From: Pseudomonadota bacterium
Lineage (GTDB): Bacteria; Pseudomonadota; Alphaproteobacteria; Sphingomonadales; Sphingomonadaceae
Length of the DNA stretch: 64,000 nt
Assembly (NCBI GenBank): GCA_041191345.1
Contig: JBEEOY010000114.1
Coordinates: 2,143 to 66,142, forward strand
Direction: 5' to 3'
How positions within the stretch are numbered: the first letter of the stretch is position 1; each line of letters begins with the position of its first letter. The notes beneath the pieces were generated by a model that did no database searches, had not been told where the DNA came from, and saw only the letters and a list, made by a program, of their open reading frames with translations. Made by a program: the position numbers and the translations under genes. Of this stretch, positions 54,221 through 62,758 are shown piece after piece.

Positions 54221-55987
54221 ATGTCAGACCAAGAAACGCCGCCTGCCCGCCCACGCACATTGGGCAATCTTCGCATGGTTTGGGATTTTGCAGCGCGCTA
54301 TCCGCTTGTCATCACGGGCGCGCTCGTCTCGTTGATTGTCGCTGCTGGGGCCACGCTGGCCATCCCCAATGGCTTTCGGTTGGTCATTGACCGCGGATTT
54401 GCCCAATCCGGCGGCAATATTGATCGCTGGTTTGAATATCTTTTGGGCATTGTCGCAGTCATGGCTTTGGCCACGGCCAGCCGCTTTTACTTCGTCTCTT
54501 GGTTGGGCGAACGTGTGGTGGCCGATGTGCGCTCCGCCGTTGTGAACAACTTGCTGCGGCTGGCCCCAAGCTATTTTGAGTTTAACCGCCCGGCGGAAGT
54601 GGCATCGCGCCTAACGGCTGATACGACGCTGATTGAACAAGCCGTGGGCACCACCGCCTCAGTGGCGCTGCGCAACCTTGTGCTGGCCGTGGGGGGCATT
54701 GCCTATCTCTTCACTCTCTCTGCCAAGCTTGCAGCAATGCTGTTGCTGGGTATTCCTCTGGTGCTGGGCCCCATTTTGATTATCGGCCGACGGCTGCGCG
54801 ATATGTCGCGCCACAGCCAAGATCGGATTGCCGATGTTGGAGTGATTGTGGACGAGGTCTTGGGCGCAATGAAGATTGTCCAAGCCTTTGGACAGGAAGA
54901 TCGCGAGGCAGGACGCTTTTCCAGCGCAGTTGAAAATGCCTTCTCAACTGCGAAGACCCGCATCCGCACACGCGCCTTTCTGACTGCCATCCTCATTTTC
55001 ATGATGTTTGGCGCCATTACACTGGTTATGTGGCAGGGCGCGCTTGACGTGCAGGCTGGCCGCATGACTGGTGGGGCCATTGCTGCCTTTGTTCTGACGG
55101 GTGGATTTGTTGCAGGCGCTTTTGGCGCCTTAAGCGAAGTTTATGGCGATCTGGTTCGCACCTCCGGCGCAGCGCAGCGCTTGTCAGAATTGCTGAATGA
55201 GCAGCCCGGCATTGCAGCGCCTGCCAATCCGGTAAAGCTGCCGCAGCCCGCACAGGGCCGTGTGAGCTTTGAACATGTTATCTTCCGCTACCCCACGCGC
55301 CCGGAAGTAAGTGCCTTGCATGATTTTTCATTGGCCATTGAACCCGGGGAGACAGTGGCTGTCGTTGGCCCGTCAGGCGCTGGCAAGTCGACGCTGTTCC
55401 AACTTATCCAGCGCTTTTACGATCCCGAAAGCGGTGTGGTCCGCGTGGATGGCGTTGCGCTGCCCAGTGCGGACCCAGCTGAGGTGCGCGGGCGCATTGC
55501 GATGGTTCCGCAGGAAACTGTGATCTTTGCGGCCAGCGCGCGCGACAATCTGCGCTATGGCCGTTGGGATGCGTCGGATGATCAGCTCTGGACTGCCGCC
55601 GAAAGTGCAAATGCGGCAGAGTTTTTGCGCAAGCTGCCCCAAGGGCTCGACACCTATATGGGGGAAGGTGGAGCCCGTCTGTCTGGCGGCCAGCGTCAAC
55701 GCATGGCCATTGCACGCGCCATTTTGCGTGACGCCCCAATCCTTCTTTTGGATGAAGCGACATCTGCGCTGGACGCGGAATCAGAAAAGCTGGTGCAGGA
55801 TGCGCTGGACCAGTTGATGGCCAAGCGCACCACCATTGTCATTGCGCATCGCCTTGCCACTGTCCGCGCAGCTGACCGCATCATTGTGATGGATGATGGC
55901 CGCATTGTGGAGCAAGGCAAGCATGATCAGCTGGTCGCCCAAGGCGGGCTCTATGCGCGCCTCGCCAAGCTGCAATTCGACGTTTAG
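54221..55987 (+). CDS. ABC exporter, fused permease/ATPase (ABCB/MsbA-ATM1-like)
   Basis: Six-TM domain, then Walker A GPSGAGKST, signature LSGGQRQR, Walker B ILLLDEATSALD. Probable start ATG 54221 (MSDQETPP). Confidence 0.9.
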   Translation: MSDQETPPARPRTLGNLRMVWDFAARYPLVITGALVSLIVAAGATLAIPNGFRLVIDRGFAQSGGNIDRWFEYLLGIVAVMALATASRFYFVSWLGERVVADVRSAVVNNLLRLAPSYFEFNRPAEVASRLTADTTLIEQAVGTTASVALRNLVLAVGGIAYLFTLSAKLAAMLLLGIPLVLGPILIIGRRLRDMSRHSQDRIADVGVIVDEVLGAMKIVQAFGQEDREAGRFSSAVENAFSTAKTRIRTRAFLTAILIFMMFGAITLVMWQGALDVQAGRMTGGAIAAFVLTGGFVAGAFGALSEVYGDLVRTSGAAQRLSELLNEQPGIAAPANPVKLPQPAQGRVSFEHVIFRYPTRPEVSALHDFSLAIEPGETVAVVGPSGAGKSTLFQLIQRFYDPESGVVRVDGVALPSADPAEVRGRIAMVPQETVIFAASARDNLRYGRWDASDDQLWTAAESANAAEFLRKLPQGLDTYMGEGGARLSGGQRQRMAIARAILRDAPILLLDEATSALDAESEKLVQDALDQLMAKRTTIVIAHRLATVRAADRIIVMDDGRIVEQGKHDQLVAQGGLYARLAKLQFDV

Positions 55988-56258
55988 GCGGCAGCGCGCC
56001 CAAGGAAGAAGCAGCTTGTGGTGCCAAGGGTTTGCGCCTGATCAGATAGGGCCGTGTTTTGCAGGGCCGTATGCTGCAGGGCCTGTGCAGATGATGTTGC
56101 CCAGCTAAGATACAAGGACTGCAACCGGCGGGCTGTTCTGGAGCTTGCCCATTCGCGTGAGGGATTGGGCCAGCCCCGGGGCTGGCCGCACATCCCGTCC
56201 AGGTTTTGGTGCGCTGGCGTGCGTGCTGCCCTGGGTTTGGCCGTCAATCATTGCGCAT

Positions 56259-56289
56259 AGAAAAAGGGCGGCCCAATCGGACCGCCCTT
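56259..56289 (-). terminator. rho-independent terminator of the tonB-exbB-exbD-exbD operon
   Basis: Minus strand reads aagggcggtccgattgggccgcccTTTTTCT, 27 nt after the exbD stop. Confidence 0.65.
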
Positions 56290-56315
56290 AATCTTTTGCT
56301 ATCTAAGTCTGAGAC

Positions 56316-56762
56316 TTAGAATTCGCCGCGATATGCTTCGTTATTCACAAAGCCCATCTTCGACACCTTAGCGCGCTTCGCCTTGGCGAGAACGCGATCA
56401 ACCGTGTCATACGGCGCCATTGGATCCGGCTGCAGGTGCAGTTCCGGCGTCAACGGGAATTTGGCAGGATCTTGCGAGTCCGCAAGAAGCTGATCCAGCT
56501 GGCCCCAGCTAACCGGAGCCTGGTTCCACGTCACCACACCACCCGGGCTGACATAAAGCACATTCTTGGTCGGCAGAACTGGGGGCGGAGGCGGACAGTT
56601 CGGCGCGCAATCCTGCGGCAAGTCAATCTTCACCGCGTGAGTGGGCGGTGGCAGGGTGATGATGAACATGATGAGGAGCACGAGCATGACGTCGATCAAC
56701 GGCGTCGTGTTCATTTCCACCATCGGTTCGGACGAGTCTCCCTTAGGTGAACTCATTGCCAT
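56316..56762 (-). CDS. exbD: biopolymer transporter ExbD/TolR family
   Basis: 148 aa. NTTPLIDVMLVLLIMFIIT. Confidence 0.9.
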   Translation of the reverse strand: MAMSSPKGDSSEPMVEMNTTPLIDVMLVLLIMFIITLPPPTHAVKIDLPQDCAPNCPPPPPVLPTKNVLYVSPGGVVTWNQAPVSWGQLDQLLADSQDPAKFPLTPELHLQPDPMAPYDTVDRVLAKAKRAKVSKMGFVNNEAYRGEF

Positions 56763-56792
56763 GGTTTATTCTCCAAACACTCGCAGCTGGTC

Positions 56793-57257
56793 TTAAATGA
56801 CCGGCGACGAGATGAATCCGACGCGGATGAAGCCCGCACTCTGCATGATCGACACGACACCACCGATGCAGCGATACTGGGTCCGTTGGTCACCACGAAT
56901 GTGGACTTCCGGGAACAGTTCGGGATCAGTTGCATCTGGGCCAAGGCGGTCTGCTTCGGCCTTAAAGCGAGCGGCTGCACGCGTCAGCAACTCGGTCGAA
57001 TTCATGCGGGTCGCGTTCCAATATACTTCGCACTTGCCATCCGCCGCGTTGCGCACGGTCAGAATGACGTTTTCAGCCTTCGAAGTCGTCGGCTGGAACG
57101 AGAGCTTTGGAAGGTTCACTTCCACCGTCTTAATGACCACCGGAACGGCGATCAGGAAGATGATGAGAAGAACCAGCATCACGTCCACGAGCGGGGTCGT
57201 GTTGATGTCCGACAGCGGGGCGTCGTCACCACCTTCTCCGCCAACACTCATGCCCAT
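56793..57257 (-). CDS. exbD: biopolymer transporter ExbD/TolR family
   Basis: 154 aa. NTTPLVDVMLVLLIIFLIA. Confidence 0.9.
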   Translation of the reverse strand: MGMSVGGEGGDDAPLSDINTTPLVDVMLVLLIIFLIAVPVVIKTVEVNLPKLSFQPTTSKAENVILTVRNAADGKCEVYWNATRMNSTELLTRAAARFKAEADRLGPDATDPELFPEVHIRGDQRTQYRCIGGVVSIMQSAGFIRVGFISSPVI

Positions 57258-57328
57258 AGGCTAATTCCTATCTCTAACGTCGTAACGGAAGGGGCGTGGC
57301 GACGCGTTGGTCGCCACGCCCTATCGCA

Positions 57329-58075
57329 TTAGGCCTTGGCAGCCGGCTTAGCGGCAGCAGCCGGAGCAGCAGCCTTGACTACTGCCGGACGGACAGCGCC
57401 GTTCGACATCATATAGCCATGCAGATCGTTGCAGAACGTGCTCATACGCTCAGCGATGAGCTTGTTGCGACGCTGCAGCCAGTTATAGCCCATAACGGCC
57501 GGAACGGCGACGACGAGACCGATGGCGGTCATGATCAGAGCTTCACCAACCGGACCGGCGACCTTATCGATCGACGCGTCACCCGACGCACCGATCTTGA
57601 TGAGGGCGCGATAGATGCCGATAACGGTACCGAGCAGACCGACGAACGGCGAGGTCGAACCGACGGTGGCGAGGAACGCCAGGCCCGTGCCGAGCTTCGC
57701 GTTAATCGCGTCTTGGCTGCGCTGCATCGACGAGTGCATCCACTCATGCTGGTCCTGCGCATCAATCAGCTTACCATGCTGTTCTTCAGCCAACAGAGCG
57801 TCGTCAACGAGTTGACGATAGGCCGAGTCCTTTTCGAACTTGTTGGCGCCGTCCTTCACATTGGTGGAGGCCCAAAACTTCTGCACGCCTTCGCGGCTCT
57901 GCTTCAGCACCTTGCCCTGTTCAATGAGCTTGGTGAACATGATGTACCAAGAAACGGCCGACATAATCACCATGGTGATGAAAATGAACCAGGAAACGGC
58001 GCCGCCTTCTTCCAGGGCCTGCATGAGGCCGAACTGCTTTTGTGCAACAGCAGCTGCTTCAGTTGCGGTGGTCAT
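57329..58075 (-). CDS. exbB: MotA/TolQ/ExbB proton-channel family protein
   Basis: 248 aa. LATVGSTSPFVGLLGTVIGI. Confidence 0.9.
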   Translation of the reverse strand: MTTATEAAAVAQKQFGLMQALEEGGAVSWFIFITMVIMSAVSWYIMFTKLIEQGKVLKQSREGVQKFWASTNVKDGANKFEKDSAYRQLVDDALLAEEQHGKLIDAQDQHEWMHSSMQRSQDAINAKLGTGLAFLATVGSTSPFVGLLGTVIGIYRALIKIGASGDASIDKVAGPVGEALIMTAIGLVVAVPAVMGYNWLQRRNKLIAERMSTFCNDLHGYMMSNGAVRPAVVKAAAPAAAAKPAAKA

Positions 58076-58125
58076 AACGATAACTTCCTCTCAAAACTGT
58101 TCAAATCGGGTGGACGAAAAATAAG

Positions 58126-58755
58126 CTATTTTGGCAAACGCCAAGTCACACGCTGGGATTTGGTTTCCTCGATTGGCTGGCCACTGGCATCCTTGGCCGG
58201 CTTAAAGCGGAAACGGCGCATGATGAGCTTGCAGGTTTCAGCATCCAATGTCGGGCTCGCACCCGAGGCATTACACGCTACAACCCTACCTTCCGTACCG
58301 ATGGTGAAGGTTGCAACCGAAGTGCCCTGCTCTTCGTTGCGGATCGACGATGACGGATAATCTTCGTCAGAAATCGAGCCACCGCGCTGGACAGCCCGTT
58401 CAGCCACACGCGGCGGAGCCGGAGGTGCTGGCGGCGCAGGCGGAGCCGGCGGCGCAGATGGGGTGATAGGCGCAATGGTATTGGTTGACACGACCGGCGA
58501 AGTTACAACCGGCGGTGGTACCGTCACCTTAGGCGGCGGAGGCAAGTCAACCTTCGGCGGTGGTGGCGGCGGTTCCTCGGGCTTTTCGGGCTCCTCGGGG
58601 GCCACATCGAACGTCTTAAGATCTTCATAAACGTTTTTGGCAGCATTGTATGCCAAGCCGGTGACGAGCGCATAGCCCACCCCTGCGTGCAACAAGGCCA
58701 CCGCACCGATCGCGAAGATCCGCCGGCCGCTCATTTCTTGGTCAGTATAGGCCAT
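58126..58755 (-). CDS. tonB: energy transducer TonB
   Basis: TM anchor, Pro-rich spacer EEPEKPEEPPPPPPKVDLPPPPKVTVPPP, C-terminal TonB domain. ATG 58755 is preceded by GGAGGGAG. Confidence 0.88.
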   Translation of the reverse strand: MAYTDQEMSGRRIFAIGAVALLHAGVGYALVTGLAYNAAKNVYEDLKTFDVAPEEPEKPEEPPPPPPKVDLPPPPKVTVPPPVVTSPVVSTNTIAPITPSAPPAPPAPPAPPAPPRVAERAVQRGGSISDEDYPSSSIRNEEQGTSVATFTIGTEGRVVACNASGASPTLDAETCKLIMRRFRFKPAKDASGQPIEETKSQRVTWRLPK

Positions 58756-58982
58756 TAAAAAACGACACTCCCTCCAATAAAACGACAACAGGGGGCACTG
58801 GTTGGCCTGGACCAAATGGCGCCCCCCCTGCTCCCGTCTGCAACTTGGAATCTATTCAGACAGACCTGCCTCGTCTATCGCGAGGTGCGGACTGACGCAA
58901 TCGCTTTTGTCCGATGAAACGAGATAATATATCCTTGAGTAATCGCCATCTTGGCAGCTTTCATGGATGTTGGAGATAATCT

Positions 58983-59816
58983 GTGCGGATCCCTTTTTTC
59001 TGTGTCGCAATGATGACAAGCGCAGCCGCTTTTGCTGCACCGCAGCAAATTCCGACGCCCATTGTCGCCAACGAACCGAATTATGCGGATCTTGCTGATT
59101 TCGCACTTGCATCAAAAATTACCGCGCATGTGCGCATTCGGGGCACACGCGTTCTAACGGGAGAATTGGCCAACGGAACCAAGCCCGGTTTTCAGCGGCT
59201 GCTGATTACTGCAGATCTTCTAGCGCTTATCAAAGCTCCGGAAGGCCAGCCCCCGCAAATCCGATATATTCAGGATTTACCAACTGATTCGCGGGGCAAG
59301 ACGCCAAAGCTTCGCAAGTCCGAATCGCTCATCTTTGCGCAACCTGCCCGCCCCGGCGAAGTTCAGCTGAGCGCGCCAAACGCGTCCATTTCCTGGACTG
59401 CTGAGCGGGAAAAGACTGTACGCGCTATTCTTGCGGAAGCAGCGCACCCCAATTCGCCCCCGCGTGTCCGTGGCATTTCTTCTGCTTTTCATTCAGTTGG
59501 CAGTCTGCCCGGCGAAGGCGAAACGCAGATTTTTCTCGACACAGCAGATAACCGCCCCGCTTCGCTGACCGTGCAGCGCCGCGCTGGAGAAGCGCCAATT
59601 TGGTTCGTTTCGCTTGGCGAAGTTGTGGATGAAGGGGTTAGCAAGCCCGCTGCCAATACGCTTTTATGGTATCGGCTGGCCTGTTTTCTGCCTGCACAAA
59701 TGCCGGCGAGCGTGACGCAAGGCCAAACCGAGAGTGATTCCCAGCAAGTCGCTGCGGATTATCAGCTTATTATTTCTGCCCTCGGGCCATGCACGCGCTC
59801 GCTGCCCAAGCCTTAA
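58983..59816 (+). CDS. secreted protein of unknown function
   Basis: 277 aa. Signal peptide MRIPFFCVAMMTSAAAFAAP. GTG start with GGAG 8 nt upstream. No motif I recognise. Confidence 0.6.
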   Translation: MRIPFFCVAMMTSAAAFAAPQQIPTPIVANEPNYADLADFALASKITAHVRIRGTRVLTGELANGTKPGFQRLLITADLLALIKAPEGQPPQIRYIQDLPTDSRGKTPKLRKSESLIFAQPARPGEVQLSAPNASISWTAEREKTVRAILAEAAHPNSPPRVRGISSAFHSVGSLPGEGETQIFLDTADNRPASLTVQRRAGEAPIWFVSLGEVVDEGVSKPAANTLLWYRLACFLPAQMPASVTQGQTESDSQQVAADYQLIISALGPCTRSLPKP

Positions 59817-60574
59817 GCGTCGCGTTCTAAAAACAGAAAATCGCGTTCAAAGCTTTTCAGCGCCGCGCCGCCATCGACAAAAAGCGTCTGGCCCGTAACG
59901 GCGGGTGCGTCTGCCAACCAGGCCACAGCATCCGCAACGTCTGCTGGATTGGGCAAAAGGCCAAGCGGCATTGCCGCGCGCAAAGCCTCCATTTGGTGCG
60001 GCGAATAATCGGGCGTTGGAATCACCAGTCCGGGCGCCACTGCATTGACGCGCACCTTGGGGGCAAGCGCACGGGCCAAGGCCTCAGTCGCGCCAGCCAG
60101 CGCGAGCTTGGAGATTGTATAGCTCAGCTGGTCCCCACCAGGCTGGCGAATGCGCTGGTCGAGAATATTCACCACACACGCCCGCGCATCTGCGGCATTT
60201 GCTTGCGCCAAAGCTGTTGCAAACAAGACTGGGGCAGCTGTGTTGATGCTAAAATGCGTGAGAAGCGCCTGATGCGACAGCGTGTCGGCATCATCCCAGT
60301 CAAAACGGGAGGCATTGTTGACCAACAAGCTGGGGGCGCCGCCAAAATGACTGGCAATATCAGGAATAAGAGCAGCCACAGCTGCCGCGTCATTCAGATC
60401 TGCAGTAAAACTGTGCCAAGGCACTTGCGTGCGGTCGAGAACGGCAATCAAATCTGGATCAGGCGTTTCCGGCTTGCGGCTATGGAGCGCCAGCGCCCAA
60501 CCAGCCTCTGCCAAGCGCGCCGCAATGGCGGCACCCAGCCGGTGATGGCCGGCGGTGACCAGTGCGATCTTCAA
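59813..60574 (-). CDS. SDR family oxidoreductase (pteridine reductase / FolM-like by context)
   Basis: 253 aa. MKIALVTAGHHRLGAAIA; YTISKLAL catalytic YxxxK. ATGA-type overlap with the folB stop. Confidence 0.8.
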   Translation of the reverse strand: MKIALVTAGHHRLGAAIAARLAEAGWALALHSRKPETPDPDLIAVLDRTQVPWHSFTADLNDAAAVAALIPDIASHFGGAPSLLVNNASRFDWDDADTLSHQALLTHFSINTAAPVLFATALAQANAADARACVVNILDQRIRQPGGDQLSYTISKLALAGATEALARALAPKVRVNAVAPGLVIPTPDYSPHQMEALRAAMPLGLLPNPADVADAVAWLADAPAVTGQTLFVDGGAALKSFERDFLFLERDA

Positions 60575-60948
60575 GCACGGCTCCGATATAGGGTCACGCC
60601 AATTTCCTCATCATCCTCTGCAATGGCAAGCTTGACGATCTTGACCTCGACTGACTGGATGCGCGCATCTTCTACCATCAGCGTTTCGATGATATGGTCT
60701 GCCACGGCCTCAATCAGCACAAAATGCACACCTTCGGGCAGGTGCGTCATGGCTCGTTTGATATCCATATAGTTTTTGGATGCGGCGAGCGGCGTGCCGG
60801 CGGCATAATGCTCAGCACAATCCAGCTCAGCCCGCACCGAAATGCGCAGCGGTTGCGGAAGGTGCGTTTCCTCAGAATAAATGCCCGTCAGCACGGGCAC
60901 TTCTAAGTTGGCAACTTCAAGAACAAGGCGGTCAGGACGGACAGTCAT
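60571..60948 (-). CDS. folB: dihydroneopterin aldolase
   Basis: 125 aa from ATG 60948. VPVLTGIYSEETHLPQPLRISV and VEVKIVKL match my recollection of the FolB tunnel fold. Confidence 0.8.
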   Translation of the reverse strand: MTVRPDRLVLEVANLEVPVLTGIYSEETHLPQPLRISVRAELDCAEHYAAGTPLAASKNYMDIKRAMTHLPEGVHFVLIEAVADHIIETLMVEDARIQSVEVKIVKLAIAEDDEEIGVTLYRSRA

Positions 60949-61049
60949 GCCGCGCCCCCATAAAGATATTTGCGGCCACGGCAACCGATCATGCTTCCAT
61001 TTCGCGGCAACCGTCCTAAAGCGCCCCCTTTCCCAGCCTTGATTCGTAG

Positions 61050-61589
61050 GTGCTTGTTGGATTGATTACGCTTGTTCCCCTTGCTGAAATTGCGCCTGAC
61101 CGCGTCGAACAGCTGCTTGATGCGGCATTTGGTGCAGATCGGCATAGCCGCACCGCCTATAAAATTCGGGCTGGTATGCCCGTGGTGCCGGGCTTGAGCT
61201 TTGCAGCAATGGAGGGCGAACGGCTCCTTGGCACGATCCAGGCATGGCCTGCCGCCATTCTGGCAGCCGAGGGTGCAGACCCCGTAACGCTGGTCGGCCC
61301 TGTCGCAGTTCTGCCTGAAGCCCAAGGCAAGGGTATTGGCCAAGCGCTGATGGCCCGGCTGCTCGAAGCCGCTGATGCGGGCGGCTCTGACGCTATGGTG
61401 ATGATTGGCGATCCAGACTATTATGGCCGCTTCTTTGGCTTTAGCGCCGATGCGACTGGTGGGTGGGACGTCCCCGGCCCAGTAGAGCGGCACCGTCTAT
61501 TGGCGCGCATCCGCCGCGCGGGCGGGGTCTGTGCGGCAGGATTGCTGGGGCCAGACCCAGACTTTGCAAGTCGCGCCGCAGCTGCCTAA
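61050..61589 (+). CDS. GNAT family N-acetyltransferase
   Basis: 179 aa. VAVLPEAQGKGIGQALM (acetyl-CoA-binding motif). GTG start. Confidence 0.8.
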   Translation: MLVGLITLVPLAEIAPDRVEQLLDAAFGADRHSRTAYKIRAGMPVVPGLSFAAMEGERLLGTIQAWPAAILAAEGADPVTLVGPVAVLPEAQGKGIGQALMARLLEAADAGGSDAMVMIGDPDYYGRFFGFSADATGGWDVPGPVERHRLLARIRRAGGVCAAGLLGPDPDFASRAAAA

Positions 61590-61598
61590 GTAGCGGGC

Positions 61599-62165
61599 AT
61601 GCCAATGCCCGAACTGCCCAAAGATTTATCGCGCCTCTCGCTTGCCGAGATTGCAGAAATGGTGCGCGATAAACGCCTGCCCCCAGTGGAAAGCTGGTCC
61701 CCCGATAAAATCGGGCACAGCCATATGCGCATCGCGCGCGATGGCAGCTGGTTTCATGAAGGCGGCCTTATTCGGCGCGAGACAATGGTGCGCCTCTTCT
61801 CAACACTTTTGCGGCGCGAGGCCGATGGCCGCTATTGGCTGGTCACGCCAGCTGAGAGGCTGGAGATTGACGTTGAGGATACGCCCTTTGTCGCGGTGGA
61901 AGTCAAAAGCGAAGGCGGAGGCCGAAACCGGCAATTGGCCTTTCGATTGAACACCGGCGATTTGGTGATTGCCGGGCCAGAGCATTGCTTGCGCTTTGAC
62001 GAGCAGAATGGCGAACCTCATCCCTTGCTGCACGTGCGCGGCGGCATGGATGCGCGCATTGGCCGGGCGGCCTATTATGCACTGGTTGAGTGGGCGATGG
62101 CAGAGGAGGCAACACCCCTTGGCCTGTGGAGCGAGGGCCACTTCTTTCCGATGGAGCCAGCATGA
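61599..62165 (+). CDS. DUF1285 domain protein
   Basis: 188 aa. IARDGSWFHEGGLIRRETMVRLFSTLLRREADGRYWLVTP. Confidence 0.8.
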   Translation: MPMPELPKDLSRLSLAEIAEMVRDKRLPPVESWSPDKIGHSHMRIARDGSWFHEGGLIRRETMVRLFSTLLRREADGRYWLVTPAERLEIDVEDTPFVAVEVKSEGGGRNRQLAFRLNTGDLVIAGPEHCLRFDEQNGEPHPLLHVRGGMDARIGRAAYYALVEWAMAEEATPLGLWSEGHFFPMEPA

Positions 62166-62758
62166 GTCTATCGGCCCGCTTACGCATGCTATTGGCCAAT
62201 GGCCATGCACAAGAGATGTGCCTGCTAGACGGCGATGGCTTGCATCATGAACGCCCGACAGATGCCGTAGAGGCCGCCGTTCTGGTCGCGATTACCGATC
62301 GGGACCGACCCGGCGTCATTTTAACCCAGCGCCCCGAAACGATGCGCAAACATGCCGGGCAAGTCGCCTTTCCCGGTGGGCGAATGGATCCGGACGATGC
62401 CGACTTATTTGCAGCCGCACTGCGCGAGGCGGAAGAGGAAGTCGCTTTGCCGCGCGATCAAGTTGAGCTTATTGGCGCGACAGACCCCTATCGCACCATT
62501 ACGGGCTATAAAGTCACGCCCATTCTTGGCGTTGTTCCCCCTGATCTAGCTTTGACGCCCAATGCAGATGAAGTGGCTGCCATTTTTGAAGCACCGCTGG
62601 ACTTCCTGCTCGATCCGGCCAATCACGCCACGAACACGGTGAATTTTAATGGCCGCCCCCGAACCTATTATGAAATCTTCTGGGGCGACCGGCGCATTTG
62701 GGGGGCAACTGCAGCCATGATTGTCAATCTATCCCGGCGGATTGCATGGCACGGATAG
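62162..62758 (+). CDS. CoA pyrophosphatase (Nudix hydrolase)
   Basis: Nudix box GGRMDPDDADLFAAALREAEEEVAL. ATG 62162 forms an ATGA overlap with the DUF1285 stop. Confidence 0.88.
   Translation: MSLSARLRMLLANGHAQEMCLLDGDGLHHERPTDAVEAAVLVAITDRDRPGVILTQRPETMRKHAGQVAFPGGRMDPDDADLFAAALREAEEEVALPRDQVELIGATDPYRTITGYKVTPILGVVPPDLALTPNADEVAAIFEAPLDFLLDPANHATNTVNFNGRPRTYYEIFWGDRRIWGATAAMIVNLSRRIAWHG

Noticed and set aside
55984-56260. ORFs 55984..56247 (minus strand, 87 aa) and 56054..56260 (plus strand, 68 aa) in the ABC/exbD gap.
   Set aside because: They overlap each other on opposite strands, are Cys/Arg/Ala-rich, and have no RBS or motifs. The region is reported only as an unexplained intergenic structure.
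58850-58982. Fur box in the tonB / secreted-protein divergent region (gagataatatatccttgagtaatc, ggagataatctg).
   Set aside because: Only the first GATAAT hexamer matches the 19-bp Fur consensus. The remainder is a poor match and the site lacks dyad symmetry.
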